A stretch of 64,000 nt of DNA from Lentisphaerota bacterium (GCA_012514035.1 JAAZBB010000075.1:876-64875), one strand, 5' to 3'; counted from the stretch's first letter, positions 40,499 through 50,106 are shown. Program-made: numbers and translations. The notes: a model not told the origin generated them from the sequence alone.

Positions 40499-42027
40499 AA
40501 CCGGAACCGCGCGGTTCCGAAACCGCGACCGGGCCCAAGGGGCGGAACGGCCGCACCATGCGCCTCAGCCGGCTGATCCGGGTTCTTGCCGACGCCACCC
40601 TGGAAGGCCCCGCCGCCACCGAAATCACCGCCCTGGCCTATGATTCCCGCGCCGTCCGGCCCGGCTGCCTCTTCTGCGCTTTGCCCGGCGCCAAAACCGA
40701 CGGCGGCCAATACGTGGAAGAAGCCGTGCGCCGAGGCGCGGTGGCCATCCTGCACGAGCAAAGCCTCCGCCCGCCGCGCGGCCTGGCCGCGGTCCGCGTC
40801 CCAAACGCGCGCACGGCCATGGCCGATCTCGCCGCGGAATTCTATGGCCATCCGTCGCATAAACTGCCCGTGATCGGCGTCACCGGCACCAACGGCAAGA
40901 CCACCACCGTCTTCATGATTCGCGACATCCTGCTGGCCGCCGGCCGCGTGCCCGGCGTCATTGGGACCATTCACTATGAATTCGGCGGGCGCCGGATCGC
41001 CGCCCTCCGGACCACCCCTGAAGCCCCCGACCTCCAGCACATGTTCGCCGATGCCCTCCAGGCCGGCGTCCAGACCCTCGCCATGGAGGTATCGTCGCAG
41101 GGGCTGGTCGCCGAGCGCCTGCGGGGCACCCGGTTCGCCGCCGCCGTCTTCACGAACCTCACCGTGGATCACCTCGACTTCCATAAAACCATGGAGGCCT
41201 ATTTCCAGGCCAAAAAACGGCTCTTCGACGAGTTGGCCGGCCAATCCGCCGATGCCCCCGCCGTGGTGAATCTGGACGATCCCTATGGCCGGCGATTGGC
41301 GGCCGATCCCGGCCTCGCCGGCCGGCTGATCACCTGCGGAACCGATCCCGCCGCCATCGTGCGGGCGGGGGACTTGCGCCTCGCGGAAACCGGTTCCGCC
41401 TTTCAAGTCACCGCCCCCTGGGGCGAGGCGCAGGTGGCTTTGCGCCTGCCCGGCCGCTTCAACGTGCTCAACGCCCTGGCCGCCATGGCCGTGTGCGGCG
41501 CGCTCGGCGTACCCCCCGCAGCCATGGCCGCGGCCCTCGCACACATGGATCCCGTCCCCGGCCGCCTGGAACCCGTTCCCGATCCCAAAGGCCGCCATCT
41601 GCTCGTGGATTACGCCCATACCGAGGATGCCCTGCGCAATGTACTCCAGTCCCTCCGCGAAACCATGCCCGGCCGCTTGATCTGCGTCTTCGGCTGCGGC
41701 GGCGACCGCGACCGCTCCAAACGCCCCCGCATGGGTGCCGCCGTCAGCGCCGCCGCCGATTACGCCATCGTCACCAGCGATAACCCCCGCAGCGAAGACC
41801 CCCAAGCCATCATCGCCGACATCCTGGAGGGCATGGACCGCACCCGCCCGCATCTCGTCGAACCCGACCGCGCCATGGCCATTCGCGCCGCCCTCCAGGC
41901 CGCCCAACCCGGCGATACGGTTTTGGTGGCCGGCAAAGGCCACGAATCCTATCAGGAAATCGCCGGCCGCATGACGCCCTTCGACGACCGGCAAGTCCTC
42001 CGCGCCGCCCTCGCCGAAGGACTCTGA
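40495..42027 (+). CDS. murE: UDP-N-acetylmuramoyl-L-alanyl-D-glutamate--2,6-diaminopimelate ligase
   Basis: ATGA overlap with the ftsI stop. VIGVTGTNGKTTT P-loop. Mur ligase central and C-terminal domains. DNPRSEDP motif. Confidence 0.85.
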   Translation: MKPEPRGSETATGPKGRNGRTMRLSRLIRVLADATLEGPAATEITALAYDSRAVRPGCLFCALPGAKTDGGQYVEEAVRRGAVAILHEQSLRPPRGLAAVRVPNARTAMADLAAEFYGHPSHKLPVIGVTGTNGKTTTVFMIRDILLAAGRVPGVIGTIHYEFGGRRIAALRTTPEAPDLQHMFADALQAGVQTLAMEVSSQGLVAERLRGTRFAAAVFTNLTVDHLDFHKTMEAYFQAKKRLFDELAGQSADAPAVVNLDDPYGRRLAADPGLAGRLITCGTDPAAIVRAGDLRLAETGSAFQVTAPWGEAQVALRLPGRFNVLNALAAMAVCGALGVPPAAMAAALAHMDPVPGRLEPVPDPKGRHLLVDYAHTEDALRNVLQSLRETMPGRLICVFGCGGDRDRSKRPRMGAAVSAAADYAIVTSDNPRSEDPQAIIADILEGMDRTRPHLVEPDRAMAIRAALQAAQPGDTVLVAGKGHESYQEIAGRMTPFDDRQVLRAALAEGL

Positions 42028-42057
42028 TTTGCAGAGGTTGGATGGTTGCGTGGAAGC

Positions 42058-42134
42058 TGGTGGGCGATAGAGGACTTGAACCTCCGACCCCTTCCATGTC
42101 AAGGAAGTGCTCTAGCCAACTGAGCTAATCGCCC
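42058..42134 (-). tRNA. tRNA-Val (anticodon GAC), with encoded CCA
   Basis: Minus-strand sequence GGGCGATTAGCTCAGTTGGCTAGAGCACTTCCTTGACATGGAAGGGGTCGGAGGTTCAAGTCCTCTATCGCCCACCA. Anticodon stem CTTCC/GGAAG with loop TTGACAT. T-arm GGTTCAAGTCC. Confidence 0.8.
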
Positions 42135-42230
42135 GGAAGAATGGGGGGAATATGCCACATCGGCGGACTGGTTCAACCCTATTTTTGGGCGGGCAGGCGA
42201 AAGCAGGGCAGGCGCATTCTGGTTTTATTG

Positions 42231-42435
42231 CCAACGATCGGCTGAATTTGGAGTGCGGCGGGAAGCGCGGCTCGGCGAACGCCACGCCGCTTTTTTTTCG
42301 GCCAAGCCGAGTTGAATCAGCCCAAACAGCCAAAGCGGGGCCGCCTCCCGTTGGTCGTTGTCCCCGCACTCCAAAAACCAACCATGGGAGACGGGGGGCG
42401 TTTCCGGTCGGTCAATGAAACGGAGATGCGCCCCC
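42231..42435. repeat. MITE/REP-like element, inverted orientation (revcomp M2 - T8 - revcomp M3 - terminal repeat)
   Basis: TTGGAGTGCGGCGGGAAGCGCGGCTCGGCGAACGCCACGCCGCTTTTTTTT...AACAGCCAAAGCGGGGCCGCCTCCCGTTGGTCGTTGTCCCCGCACTCCAAA...GGTCAATGAAACGGAGATGCGCCCCC. Confidence 0.7.
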
Positions 42436-42498
42436 GTTCGTCGTTCGCTGATGAATGCGGATTGAATGTGGGCGTGGCGTGCGCTACAATGCCGTCCC

Positions 42499-43095
42499 AT
42501 GAACTTGCCCCTTACCAGCGCCTCGGGCCGGTGGCCGCAGCATGTGGAGGAAATCCGCAGCCTGCTGGCGCGCGTGGCCTGTTCAGACGGGTCATCCCAG
42601 AACCTCGAGATTGATGCGGCCTTTACCCGCTGGCGGGAGCTGGCGGAGGAGTGCCGCACGGCGCGCCGCGCCATCTATCTGATCGGCAACGGGGCCAGCG
42701 CCTCGATGGCCAGCCATTTTGCCGCCGATCTGGCCAAGAACGCCCGACTGCATACCGAGGTGTTTTCGGATCTCTCGCTGGTGACGGCCATTGCCAACGA
42801 CATGGGTTATGAGAATGTGTTTTCCGAACCCTTGTCGCGCCGCGCCGCCGCGGGCGACCTGCTGGTGGCCATTTCCAGCTCCGGCCGGTCTCCGAATGTC
42901 CTGCGGGCGGTCCAGGTGGCGCGGAAATTGAAACTGGCCGTGGTGACGTTGTCGGGCATGGATGAACAGAATCCGTTGCGGGCGGCGGGCGATTTGAATT
43001 TCTTTGTTCCGGCGAAGACTTACGGTCTTGCCGAAACGTGCCACTTTTCCATCCTGCACCACTGGATGGATCTGGTGGCGGCCTCAGCGGATTAG
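42499..43095 (+). CDS. gmhA: SIS-domain phosphoheptose isomerase (D-sedoheptulose-7-phosphate isomerase)
   Basis: Internal Met of ORF 42466..43095. SIS motifs IGNGASASMASHFAADL and VAISSSGRSPNVL. About 198 aa. hddA and hddC lie nearby. Confidence 0.6.
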   Translation: MNLPLTSASGRWPQHVEEIRSLLARVACSDGSSQNLEIDAAFTRWRELAEECRTARRAIYLIGNGASASMASHFAADLAKNARLHTEVFSDLSLVTAIANDMGYENVFSEPLSRRAAAGDLLVAISSSGRSPNVLRAVQVARKLKLAVVTLSGMDEQNPLRAAGDLNFFVPAKTYGLAETCHFSILHHWMDLVAASAD

Positions 43096-45053
43096 TTTTC
43101 CCTCGCGGAAATCCGTTGCACCAGCAAGACACCGGGGGGCTGGGGGCCGGAAAGATTTTCCAGCCGGATTTCATTGCGTCCGGGGTGGAGGGTCAACGGT
43201 CCGAGCCGGTTGGTCCAGAACTGGTTGGCGGGGAACACGGTGTTGGATGCGGAATCGGCCGTGAGGGTGACCGGACTGTTCACGGCGGCGCCACGCACTT
43301 CGAGGTGGGCGCGAAGCGGTTCGGGGGTCAGGTTATGCAAGGTGGCGGTGGCGGTCTGTCGGAGCGCATACCAGTCGCGATAGTCCTGCGTCTTGGTGTA
43401 TTCCCAGCCGGAGCCGAACAGGCATAGCAGGCGTTGGCCGGCGTTGCGGGCCCGGGCAACCAGATCGTCTTCAGTGTTATAGAAGATCGTGACGGGGATC
43501 CAGTCGCGGGGAAAAGCCAGTTGCCGGGTGCGGTAGAAGAGCCCCATTTTGTCCAGCCGGGCGGCGGTGTCGTCCGCGAAATCCTGGCGGCGGGCGAACT
43601 GATCGTGGGGCCATTTCCAGGGCCCGAGGCGGGTCCAGTAGGTCTTGTTCTCGAAATAGGCGGCCAGGGGGTTGTTGGCGATGAATTCCTTGGCGGTTTC
43701 GCGCCAGCGGCTGCCGGTGTAGGTCTGGATGGGTTCGTTGGGCACGGTGAAGGTGTACTGGACATTGCTGGATGCATTGACGCGGAATTCATTCCATGGG
43801 GTGTACCAGCGGTCGCATTGGACGATGGTGCCCGCGGGCAGGTTCTCGTCGGCCCACTTGGCGACCTTGGCATACGGCGGTTCCCAGTCGAGATGGGTGG
43901 ACAGCCAGGCGGGATAGGCGTTCAGGCCCAGGATGAACACCGCGCCCAGGGCCCCGGCCCCGGGTTTCCGGATCCGGGCCAGCAGCCAATCACTCCAGTG
44001 CACCAGCCCGAGGGTGGCAAGAATGGCCAGCAGCGGGAAGAGATTGGCGTAGTGGCGGTTCTCCATGGGATACGAGGATGTCATGTGCAGGGCGATCAGC
44101 AGGACGATGGCACCGGCCGCAAATAGTCCGAGCAGGCGGCGCTGGCGGTCGGTTCGCCACCGGACGGCCAGGGCGCCGATGCCGGCTGCCAGGCAGAAGA
44201 CACTGGCCGCGAGGCGCAGGCCGCCCGATCCGCCGACATAGGCCAGCAGAATGCGGCCGGAGTCGAGCCATGGATTGCCCAGGCGGTCGCCGAAGATGTT
44301 ATGCCAATAGTCCTTCCGTTCGCCGAACAGCGAGACGATGGCATCGCGCATGCCCCAGTCGGACAACAGGGTGGGCACGCCGATGACAAAAAAGCCCAGT
44401 GTCATCCAGATGACCGGCCGCCAGGAAGCGGCGCCCCGAAAGGCGGGGGGCAGCAGCAGCGCGTAGAGCGCCAAAGCGAAAATCGCGGCGAAATTCCACG
44501 AGGAGATCTGGATGTTGGTCAGCAGCAGGAACCCGGAAAATGCGAGCGCATAGAAGGCCGGGCCCGGGGGACGGCCGTTTTCCTGGGCGGATGCGAGATG
44601 CAGGAACGCCCAGATGGCCAGGAAACCGCCCAGCACGATTGGCGCGTAGAAATAGCACTCCCGCGACATCTGGACGTGCAGCGGCTGGATGGCGACAAAG
44701 AGGGCGGCGAGCAATCCCGTGCGGCGGTCGCCGGCGGCGCGCCCCGCGCCGTAAACGGCCAGCAAGGTCAAAATGCCGATCAGGGCGTCCGGCAGGCGGG
44801 CGTTGCGATAGTTCACCTCGAGGTTGAGCCACTGCAGGAAGGCGTTGTGCGCCGCAAACCACAAGGGCGGCAGGTCGCCGATATGCTTGGGGCTGTTGAC
44901 CATCAATTCGCCCGGACTGGCCCCGCTCTGGCAGATGCCGTAGTACACCATGACATCCGAGCCCATCGTGGGATAGTCCAGGCGGACGAGGCGCAGGTAG
45001 CTGCCACCTGCCAACACCGCAAGCATGATGAGAACTGGCGCGATTTTCCTCAT
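43092..45053 (-). CDS. GT-C fold glycosyltransferase of the ArnT/PMT (GT39/GT83-like) family; polyprenyl-phosphate-sugar-dependent membrane glycosyltransferase
   Basis: Internal Met (MRKIAPVLIMLAV) of ORF 43092..45287. About 12 TM helices in the N-terminal 420 aa with periplasmic loops. Large C-terminal soluble domain. Adjacent to a divergent Dpm1/ArnC-like GT2. Confidence 0.55.
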   Translation of the reverse strand: MRKIAPVLIMLAVLAGGSYLRLVRLDYPTMGSDVMVYYGICQSGASPGELMVNSPKHIGDLPPLWFAAHNAFLQWLNLEVNYRNARLPDALIGILTLLAVYGAGRAAGDRRTGLLAALFVAIQPLHVQMSRECYFYAPIVLGGFLAIWAFLHLASAQENGRPPGPAFYALAFSGFLLLTNIQISSWNFAAIFALALYALLLPPAFRGAASWRPVIWMTLGFFVIGVPTLLSDWGMRDAIVSLFGERKDYWHNIFGDRLGNPWLDSGRILLAYVGGSGGLRLAASVFCLAAGIGALAVRWRTDRQRRLLGLFAAGAIVLLIALHMTSSYPMENRHYANLFPLLAILATLGLVHWSDWLLARIRKPGAGALGAVFILGLNAYPAWLSTHLDWEPPYAKVAKWADENLPAGTIVQCDRWYTPWNEFRVNASSNVQYTFTVPNEPIQTYTGSRWRETAKEFIANNPLAAYFENKTYWTRLGPWKWPHDQFARRQDFADDTAARLDKMGLFYRTRQLAFPRDWIPVTIFYNTEDDLVARARNAGQRLLCLFGSGWEYTKTQDYRDWYALRQTATATLHNLTPEPLRAHLEVRGAAVNSPVTLTADSASNTVFPANQFWTNRLGPLTLHPGRNEIRLENLSGPQPPGVLLVQRISAREN

Positions 45054-45175
45054 GGGGTCATCCTGGCATGTCATTGTCCCGGGCCGCAGGTACGGGGCGG
45101 ATCCGGATCCACGACAGCATGCCCGACGAGGGCGGGTTTGACAATCCCGGAGGCATCTTCGATGATTCCGGTCCC

Positions 45176-45904
45176 ATGGAGTCCACCCCCCAACTGAGCA
45201 TCGTGATCCCGGCCTACAACGAGGAGGACCGCCTTGGCCGGACGCTGGAGGCCACCATTGGCTATCTGCGGGAACAGAATCTTCCAAGCGAGATCATCGT
45301 GGTGAGCGACGGCAGTCGGGACGGTACCCGGACGGTGTCCGAAAGCTTCCAGGGGGCGTTCCCCAATCTCCGCGTGCTGGAGTATTTTCCCAACCGAGGC
45401 AAGGGGTACGCGGTGCGGACGGGCATGCTGGCGGCCCGGGGCGACCGGGTTCTGTTCATGGATGCCGACTACTCCGTGCCCATCCGCCAGGTGGAAACGG
45501 CCATGCAGGTGCTGGATGCCGGCCATGACGTGGCCATTGGATCCCGGCGGGCGCCGGGGGCCCGCCGGGCCAAACGCCAACTGCCCGTTCGGGAATGGGC
45601 CGCCCGGATCTATACTGCGCTCCAGAACCGTTGGCTTAAGGTGGATTTTGCGGACACCCAATGCGGCTTCAAGCTGTACACCCGCGCCGCCGTGCAGGTG
45701 CTTTTCCCGCAGCAGAAGTTGCACAGCGTTATTTTTGACGGGGAACTGTTGTTTTTGGCGCAGCGCGCCGGGCTGAAGGTCGGCGAATTCCCCGTGGAAT
45801 GGAATCACCATCCGGATTCGCGCCTGACCTACAACCTGCGCAAATCCATCCGGATCTTTGTAGAGCTTTTCAAAGTGCGCTGGCTGCACCGGTTCGGACG
45901 GTAG
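45176..45904 (+). CDS. Polyprenyl-phosphate glycosyltransferase (GT2; Dpm1/ArnC/GtrB-like)
   Basis: LSIVIPAYNEEDRL, VVSDGSRDGT, DADYS (DxD) and GFKLY motifs. An alternative start is at 45119. Confidence 0.65.
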   Translation: MESTPQLSIVIPAYNEEDRLGRTLEATIGYLREQNLPSEIIVVSDGSRDGTRTVSESFQGAFPNLRVLEYFPNRGKGYAVRTGMLAARGDRVLFMDADYSVPIRQVETAMQVLDAGHDVAIGSRRAPGARRAKRQLPVREWAARIYTALQNRWLKVDFADTQCGFKLYTRAAVQVLFPQQKLHSVIFDGELLFLAQRAGLKVGEFPVEWNHHPDSRLTYNLRKSIRIFVELFKVRWLHRFGR

Positions 45905-45991
45905 CGACGGGCGGAGGAGAACCGGGGGGGGCGTTTTTCCCGATCCAACGCCCATGGCTCGAGTCCATTGCCATCCGTGAAACCACGCCGG

Positions 45992-46109
45992 CCCGCTTTG
46001 GCTGCATGTTTGGCTGCCGACTCTCAAAGCGGCGTGGCGCTCGCCGTGCCTCGCTTTCCGCCGCACTTCACATTTGACCGATCGTTGTCAATGAAACAGG
46101 GATGCGCCC
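45992..46109. repeat. Partial MITE/REP-like element (M3 tail, M2 and right terminal repeat)
   Basis: CCCGCTTTGGCTGCATGTTTGGCTGCCGACTCTCAAAGCGGCGTGGCGCTCGCCGTGCCTCGCTTTCCGCCGCACTTCACATTTGACCGATCGTTGTCAATGAAACAGGGATGCGCCC. Confidence 0.65.
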
Positions 46110-46260
46110 GCCCTCCAACAACCCATCCGGGATGGTCTCCTTCTGGAGGGACGGGTTCCACCCCGTCCGCGTGTCGATCCCGGGCGGTTGCGGATTTTGC
46201 GGGATGTTGAGCTCGGGAAACACGGCCAAGACGCGGCGGGAGATCACGCGGCCTGCAAGG

Positions 46261-47247
46261 TCAATCCCACTCGTAGCTTTCCGCGTTGTAGTTGACCTTG
46301 CTGCCGTAGCGTTCGAGGAAAAACGGCATTTCCCGGTAATCCTGCATGGCGGCGCGCAGGCGGCTTTTGCCGGCCCGGGGGCCGTAGGTAAGCAAGAATC
46401 CGCCGCCGCCGGCGCCGCACAGTTTGCAGCCGGTGGCGCCGCCCGCCAGGGCCTGGGCCACCATGCGGTCGATTTCCGGGCGCGTGATGCCGGCGGCCAG
46501 CGCCTTTTTGATTTCCCAGTTTTCGCGCAGGATTTCGCCGATTTCGTCGAAGCGGCCCGCGACCACGGCATCGCGTGCGCGATAGGCCAGGGCTTTGATC
46601 TGATCGAGATCGTCGCGTTTGGCGTCGGTGTTGGCATTCTGCTCGCTCAGGATCGCATCCGCGCTGCGGGTGATGGCGGTGAAGAACAGCATCATGCACG
46701 CGCTCCAGTGGCGCTTGACGGGGCCGAGCCGGATGGGTGTGATGTCGACGCGTCCATCGGGGCGGAATTCGAAGAAATTCAAGCCGCCATAGGCGGCGAT
46801 GTACTGATCCTGCTTGCCGATGGGCTTGCCGCAGCGGGCGATTTCGATTTCGCAGGCTTCGCGGGCCAGTTGTTCCGCCGGGGCCTGGACGCCCTGGTAG
46901 GCGTGGAAGGCGTTCAGCAGGCCAACGGTGAGGCTGCTGGAGGAGCCGAGGCCGGAACCGGAGGAGGGGATGTCCGCCATGATGGCGATTTCCACGCCTT
47001 TGGTGATGCCGGCGATGCGCAGGGCTTCCCGCACCAGCTCGTGCTGGATCTCGTCCACCGAGTCCACAATCTCCTTTTTGGAGTAGCTGATGTAGATTTT
47101 GTCGTCGAAGCGCTTGTTGAGGATGACATAGACATACTTGTCGATGGCCGAGCTGAGGACGGCGCCGCCGGATTCGCGGTAGTAGGCTTCCAGATCGGTG
47201 CCGCCGCCGGCGAAGCTGATGCGCAGAGGGGTTTGGGTGATGAGCAT
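46261..47247 (-). CDS. hddA: D-glycero-alpha-D-manno-heptose 7-phosphate kinase (GHMP kinase)
   Basis: N-terminus MLITQTPLRISFAGGGTD is characteristic of HddA. GHMP motif PSSGSGLGSSSS. Confidence 0.7.
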   Translation of the reverse strand: MLITQTPLRISFAGGGTDLEAYYRESGGAVLSSAIDKYVYVILNKRFDDKIYISYSKKEIVDSVDEIQHELVREALRIAGITKGVEIAIMADIPSSGSGLGSSSSLTVGLLNAFHAYQGVQAPAEQLAREACEIEIARCGKPIGKQDQYIAAYGGLNFFEFRPDGRVDITPIRLGPVKRHWSACMMLFFTAITRSADAILSEQNANTDAKRDDLDQIKALAYRARDAVVAGRFDEIGEILRENWEIKKALAAGITRPEIDRMVAQALAGGATGCKLCGAGGGGFLLTYGPRAGKSRLRAAMQDYREMPFFLERYGSKVNYNAESYEWD

Positions 47248-47259
47248 GAGCGGGCCTCC

Positions 47260-47955
47260 TTATCCGCGCCACATGCGGCGCGCGTATTCCAGTCGTGCGG
47301 CGGTGCCGATATCGCAAAAGAAGCCTTCGAGCGGACAGGCGTGCATGCGGCCCACCAGCCGGGGCAGCACGTCATAGCCGAAATCGCAGAGGCCGGGCCG
47401 GTCGGGAATGACCTCGAAGAGGGAAGGCCCGGCCAGGTAGATGCCGGCGTTGGCCCAGTTGCTCCGGGGAGCGGCGGGTTTTTCCTCAAAGGCGGTCACC
47501 CGGCCGGTCTCGTCGGTCGTGACGATGCCGCATTCGCGCGGGGCATCAGTTTGAAACACGCCCAGCGTGAATTCGGCCTGGCGTTCCCGGTGGCAGGCCA
47601 CGAAAGGGGCCAGATCGGCATCCGTGAGATTGTCGGCGTAGATGATCAGGAACTCCCGCTCGGTTTCCAGCCACGCGCGGTTGGCGCGGATGGTGCCGGC
47701 GCTGCCCATCAGCTCGGGTTCATGGAAAAGCGAGAGCGGCATGGCCGCAGCCGGGCGCCGGGCGACATGATCCTCCACCTGGGCGGCCAGATGGTGGGTG
47801 TTCACCCGCGTTTCCGTCACGCCCAGCCGTTCGAGCTTGTCGAGCCAGATGTCCAGCAGGGCCTTTCCGCCGATGGGAATGAGGCATTTCGGAATCCGAT
47901 CGGTCAACGGCCGCAGGCGGGTGCCGGCGCCGGCGGCGAGCAGGAACGCTTTCAT
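47260..47955 (-). CDS. hddC: Sugar-1-phosphate nucleotidyltransferase, probable D-glycero-alpha-D-manno-heptose 1-phosphate guanylyltransferase
   Basis: N-terminus MKAFLLAAGAGTRLRPLTDRIPKCLIPIGGKALLD. 231 aa. Sits directly between hddA and the SDR gene. Confidence 0.6.
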   Translation of the reverse strand: MKAFLLAAGAGTRLRPLTDRIPKCLIPIGGKALLDIWLDKLERLGVTETRVNTHHLAAQVEDHVARRPAAAMPLSLFHEPELMGSAGTIRANRAWLETEREFLIIYADNLTDADLAPFVACHRERQAEFTLGVFQTDAPRECGIVTTDETGRVTAFEEKPAAPRSNWANAGIYLAGPSLFEVIPDRPGLCDFGYDVLPRLVGRMHACPLEGFFCDIGTAARLEYARRMWRG

Positions 47956-47956
47956 G

Positions 47957-49066
47957 TTATGCCTGCGTCTTCCGGACCACGTTCAACTCCCGCATCTTGC
48001 GCTCGGCATATTCCATGATGTCGTCGATGTCGATCTGCTCGTACAGATAGTCCCGGTAGGCTTGCACGCTGTCCGCGGGGGTTTTCCGGGGTGTCCAGCC
48101 GAGCGCCTGCAGCGCGGAGATGTCGGACTGGATGTGCCGTGTGTCGCCGTAGCGGTACAGGCCCGGCACGACCGCCGCCAGGTCTTTCCCGAATGCCTGC
48201 CGGACGATGTCGGCAAACTCGCGCACCGTGTAGCCCCGGCCGCCGCCGACATTGAAGACCCGGTCATTCGCCCGGTCGTCCGTCATGACGAGCAGGTTGG
48301 CGCGGACGACGTCTTCGATGTTCACGTAATCCCGGATTTGCTGGCCATCCTCATACAGGGTGGGGGGGCGGTTGAAGTAGTAGTTCAGGCAGAAAATGCG
48401 GCAGGCGCCGGAATAGGCGTTGTAGAAGGACTGGCGCGGACCCTGGACGATGGAATAGCGCAGCGCCACGCTGGGAATGTGGTAGCGGCGGCCAAGGCTG
48501 AGGGCGATCTGCTCTTGGCTGAGCTTGCTCAGGCCGTACTGGTTCTGGGGATTGGCCACCGTTTCCGGCGTCGGCTGCGGCTGCGCCGGCCGGCCGGCGG
48601 GATCCGGGATTTCCCATTCCCGCCGGGCCAGGCGCTCCTCGGGGCGGATGTCGGGCGTGAACAACTGCCCATCCGCTCCGCGGTACAGCCCTTCGCCCGC
48701 CACGGCCTGGGAGGAAGCCACCACGACTTTGCGCACGGGCAGTTTCCGTTCCACGATGAGCTCGTAGATCAGCGCCGTGCCGGCGGCGTTGACGCTGAAG
48801 AAGGTGCTGAAGTCGGGCAGGTAGTCCTGGTAGGCGGCGAAGTGATAGACGGCATCCATGCCCTGCAGGGCCCGCCCCAGGACCTCCTTATCCCGTACGT
48901 CGCCGATGATCAGCTCGGCTTCGGGCGGCAGGTACGCCGGCGGACCTTTCAGGTGGACCGGTTTGCACAAGGCGTCCAGAATCCGGACGCGGTGCCCCTG
49001 TTGCAGCAGGGCGTCCACCGTATGCGAGCCGATGAAACCGGCTCCGCCTGTAACCAACACGTTCAT
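47957..49066 (-). CDS. NAD-dependent epimerase/dehydratase (extended SDR), possible GDP-heptose-modifying enzyme
   Basis: MNVLVTGGAGFIGSH Rossmann motif. YxxxK (YGLSK) catalytic motif. Confidence 0.65.
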   Translation of the reverse strand: MNVLVTGGAGFIGSHTVDALLQQGHRVRILDALCKPVHLKGPPAYLPPEAELIIGDVRDKEVLGRALQGMDAVYHFAAYQDYLPDFSTFFSVNAAGTALIYELIVERKLPVRKVVVASSQAVAGEGLYRGADGQLFTPDIRPEERLARREWEIPDPAGRPAQPQPTPETVANPQNQYGLSKLSQEQIALSLGRRYHIPSVALRYSIVQGPRQSFYNAYSGACRIFCLNYYFNRPPTLYEDGQQIRDYVNIEDVVRANLLVMTDDRANDRVFNVGGGRGYTVREFADIVRQAFGKDLAAVVPGLYRYGDTRHIQSDISALQALGWTPRKTPADSVQAYRDYLYEQIDIDDIMEYAERKMRELNVVRKTQA

Positions 49067-49377
49067 CGAATTCCTGCCTTCCGCGAGCGCGCGGCTCCGG
49101 GGCGTTTCACGCGACCGCGCCGGCTCTACCCGCGTCTATGTACAATGAAAACGGCCCTTGGTTCAAATGGAATAACCCGCCCCCCCGCCGCGGCGCCGGC
49201 CGGGGCAGGCGGGGGGTGGTTTATCCAAAAGTTGACTTTGGCCGCAGGGCCTTTCATAATTATCCGGTTATTTGTGCCCCGGTCTTGCGCCAATGCGGTG
49301 TGAGTTGCCTGTGGTGTGTCCATGCGCGGTAATCTGACGTGTAGAGAACAATATGGCATCTGCAAAAGGATGAAACA

Positions 49378-50106
49378 GTGACAGCGAAAAAACTGCTCGT
49401 CGCCTTGCACAACAGCTTGTCTCCGTTCGAGATGCTTGCCTGCATCCTGGTTTGCATGTCTGCAGGACCCGGTTGTCGATCCGCCATGCCGTCCGAGGAG
49501 GTCTCCATGCCGCCCGTACCGGAGATGGCCGCCTCCATGGAAGTCCCGCCTTCTCCTGCGCCGGGGAAAACCACGGATGCAAAACTGCGGCCTGGCTTGA
49601 CCATCAGCATGTCCGTGCTGGTGGGGGGCCACAAGGAGATCGATGAACCCGCCAAGCGGATTTCGGATCGCGGCACGGTGATCCTGCCTCTCCTGGGAGA
49701 AGTGTCGGTTTCCGATTTGACTTTGGACGAATTGCGAGGCCGGTTGAGCGAAAGTTACCGGGTTTTCCTGGTCGATCCCCAGGTTATTGTGGATTTCGCT
49801 CCGGATACCAGCAGCGGCGAGATTTCTCCCTGGGGCTTCATCACCGTGTTGGGGCGGGTCCAGGCCCCCGGCCGGGTGGCGATTCCTCCGACTCGCGATC
49901 TGACGGTGAGCGGGGCGATCCAGAAGGCGGGCGGGGTTGCCACCAGTGCCAAGCTGAATGCCATTCTGATCAGTCGGCCGCTGCCGGATGGAACAATCGA
50001 GACCCGGACAGTCAATCTCAATGCCGTTGGCAAATCGGGCCGCCTGGAAGAGGATATCATCTTAGAAGCCGACGACGTTGTCTACGTGCCGGAATCGATG
50101 TTCTAG
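49378..50106 (+). CDS. wza: Polysaccharide export protein (Wza-like, SLBB domain), probable lipoprotein
   Basis: Lipobox-like LACILVCMSAGPGC. PES and SLBB-like regions (ISMSVLVGGHKE..., TVLGRVQAPGRV...). Confidence 0.55.
   Translation: MTAKKLLVALHNSLSPFEMLACILVCMSAGPGCRSAMPSEEVSMPPVPEMAASMEVPPSPAPGKTTDAKLRPGLTISMSVLVGGHKEIDEPAKRISDRGTVILPLLGEVSVSDLTLDELRGRLSESYRVFLVDPQVIVDFAPDTSSGEISPWGFITVLGRVQAPGRVAIPPTRDLTVSGAIQKAGGVATSAKLNAILISRPLPDGTIETRTVNLNAVGKSGRLEEDIILEADDVVYVPESMF

Noticed and set aside
42058-42440. Integrase or prophage adjacent to tRNA-Val
   Set aside because: No integrase, excisionase or phage-like ORF lies between the tRNA and gmhA. Only a MITE copy is present. The island hypothesis is kept as a low-confidence finding, but there is no evidence of a prophage.
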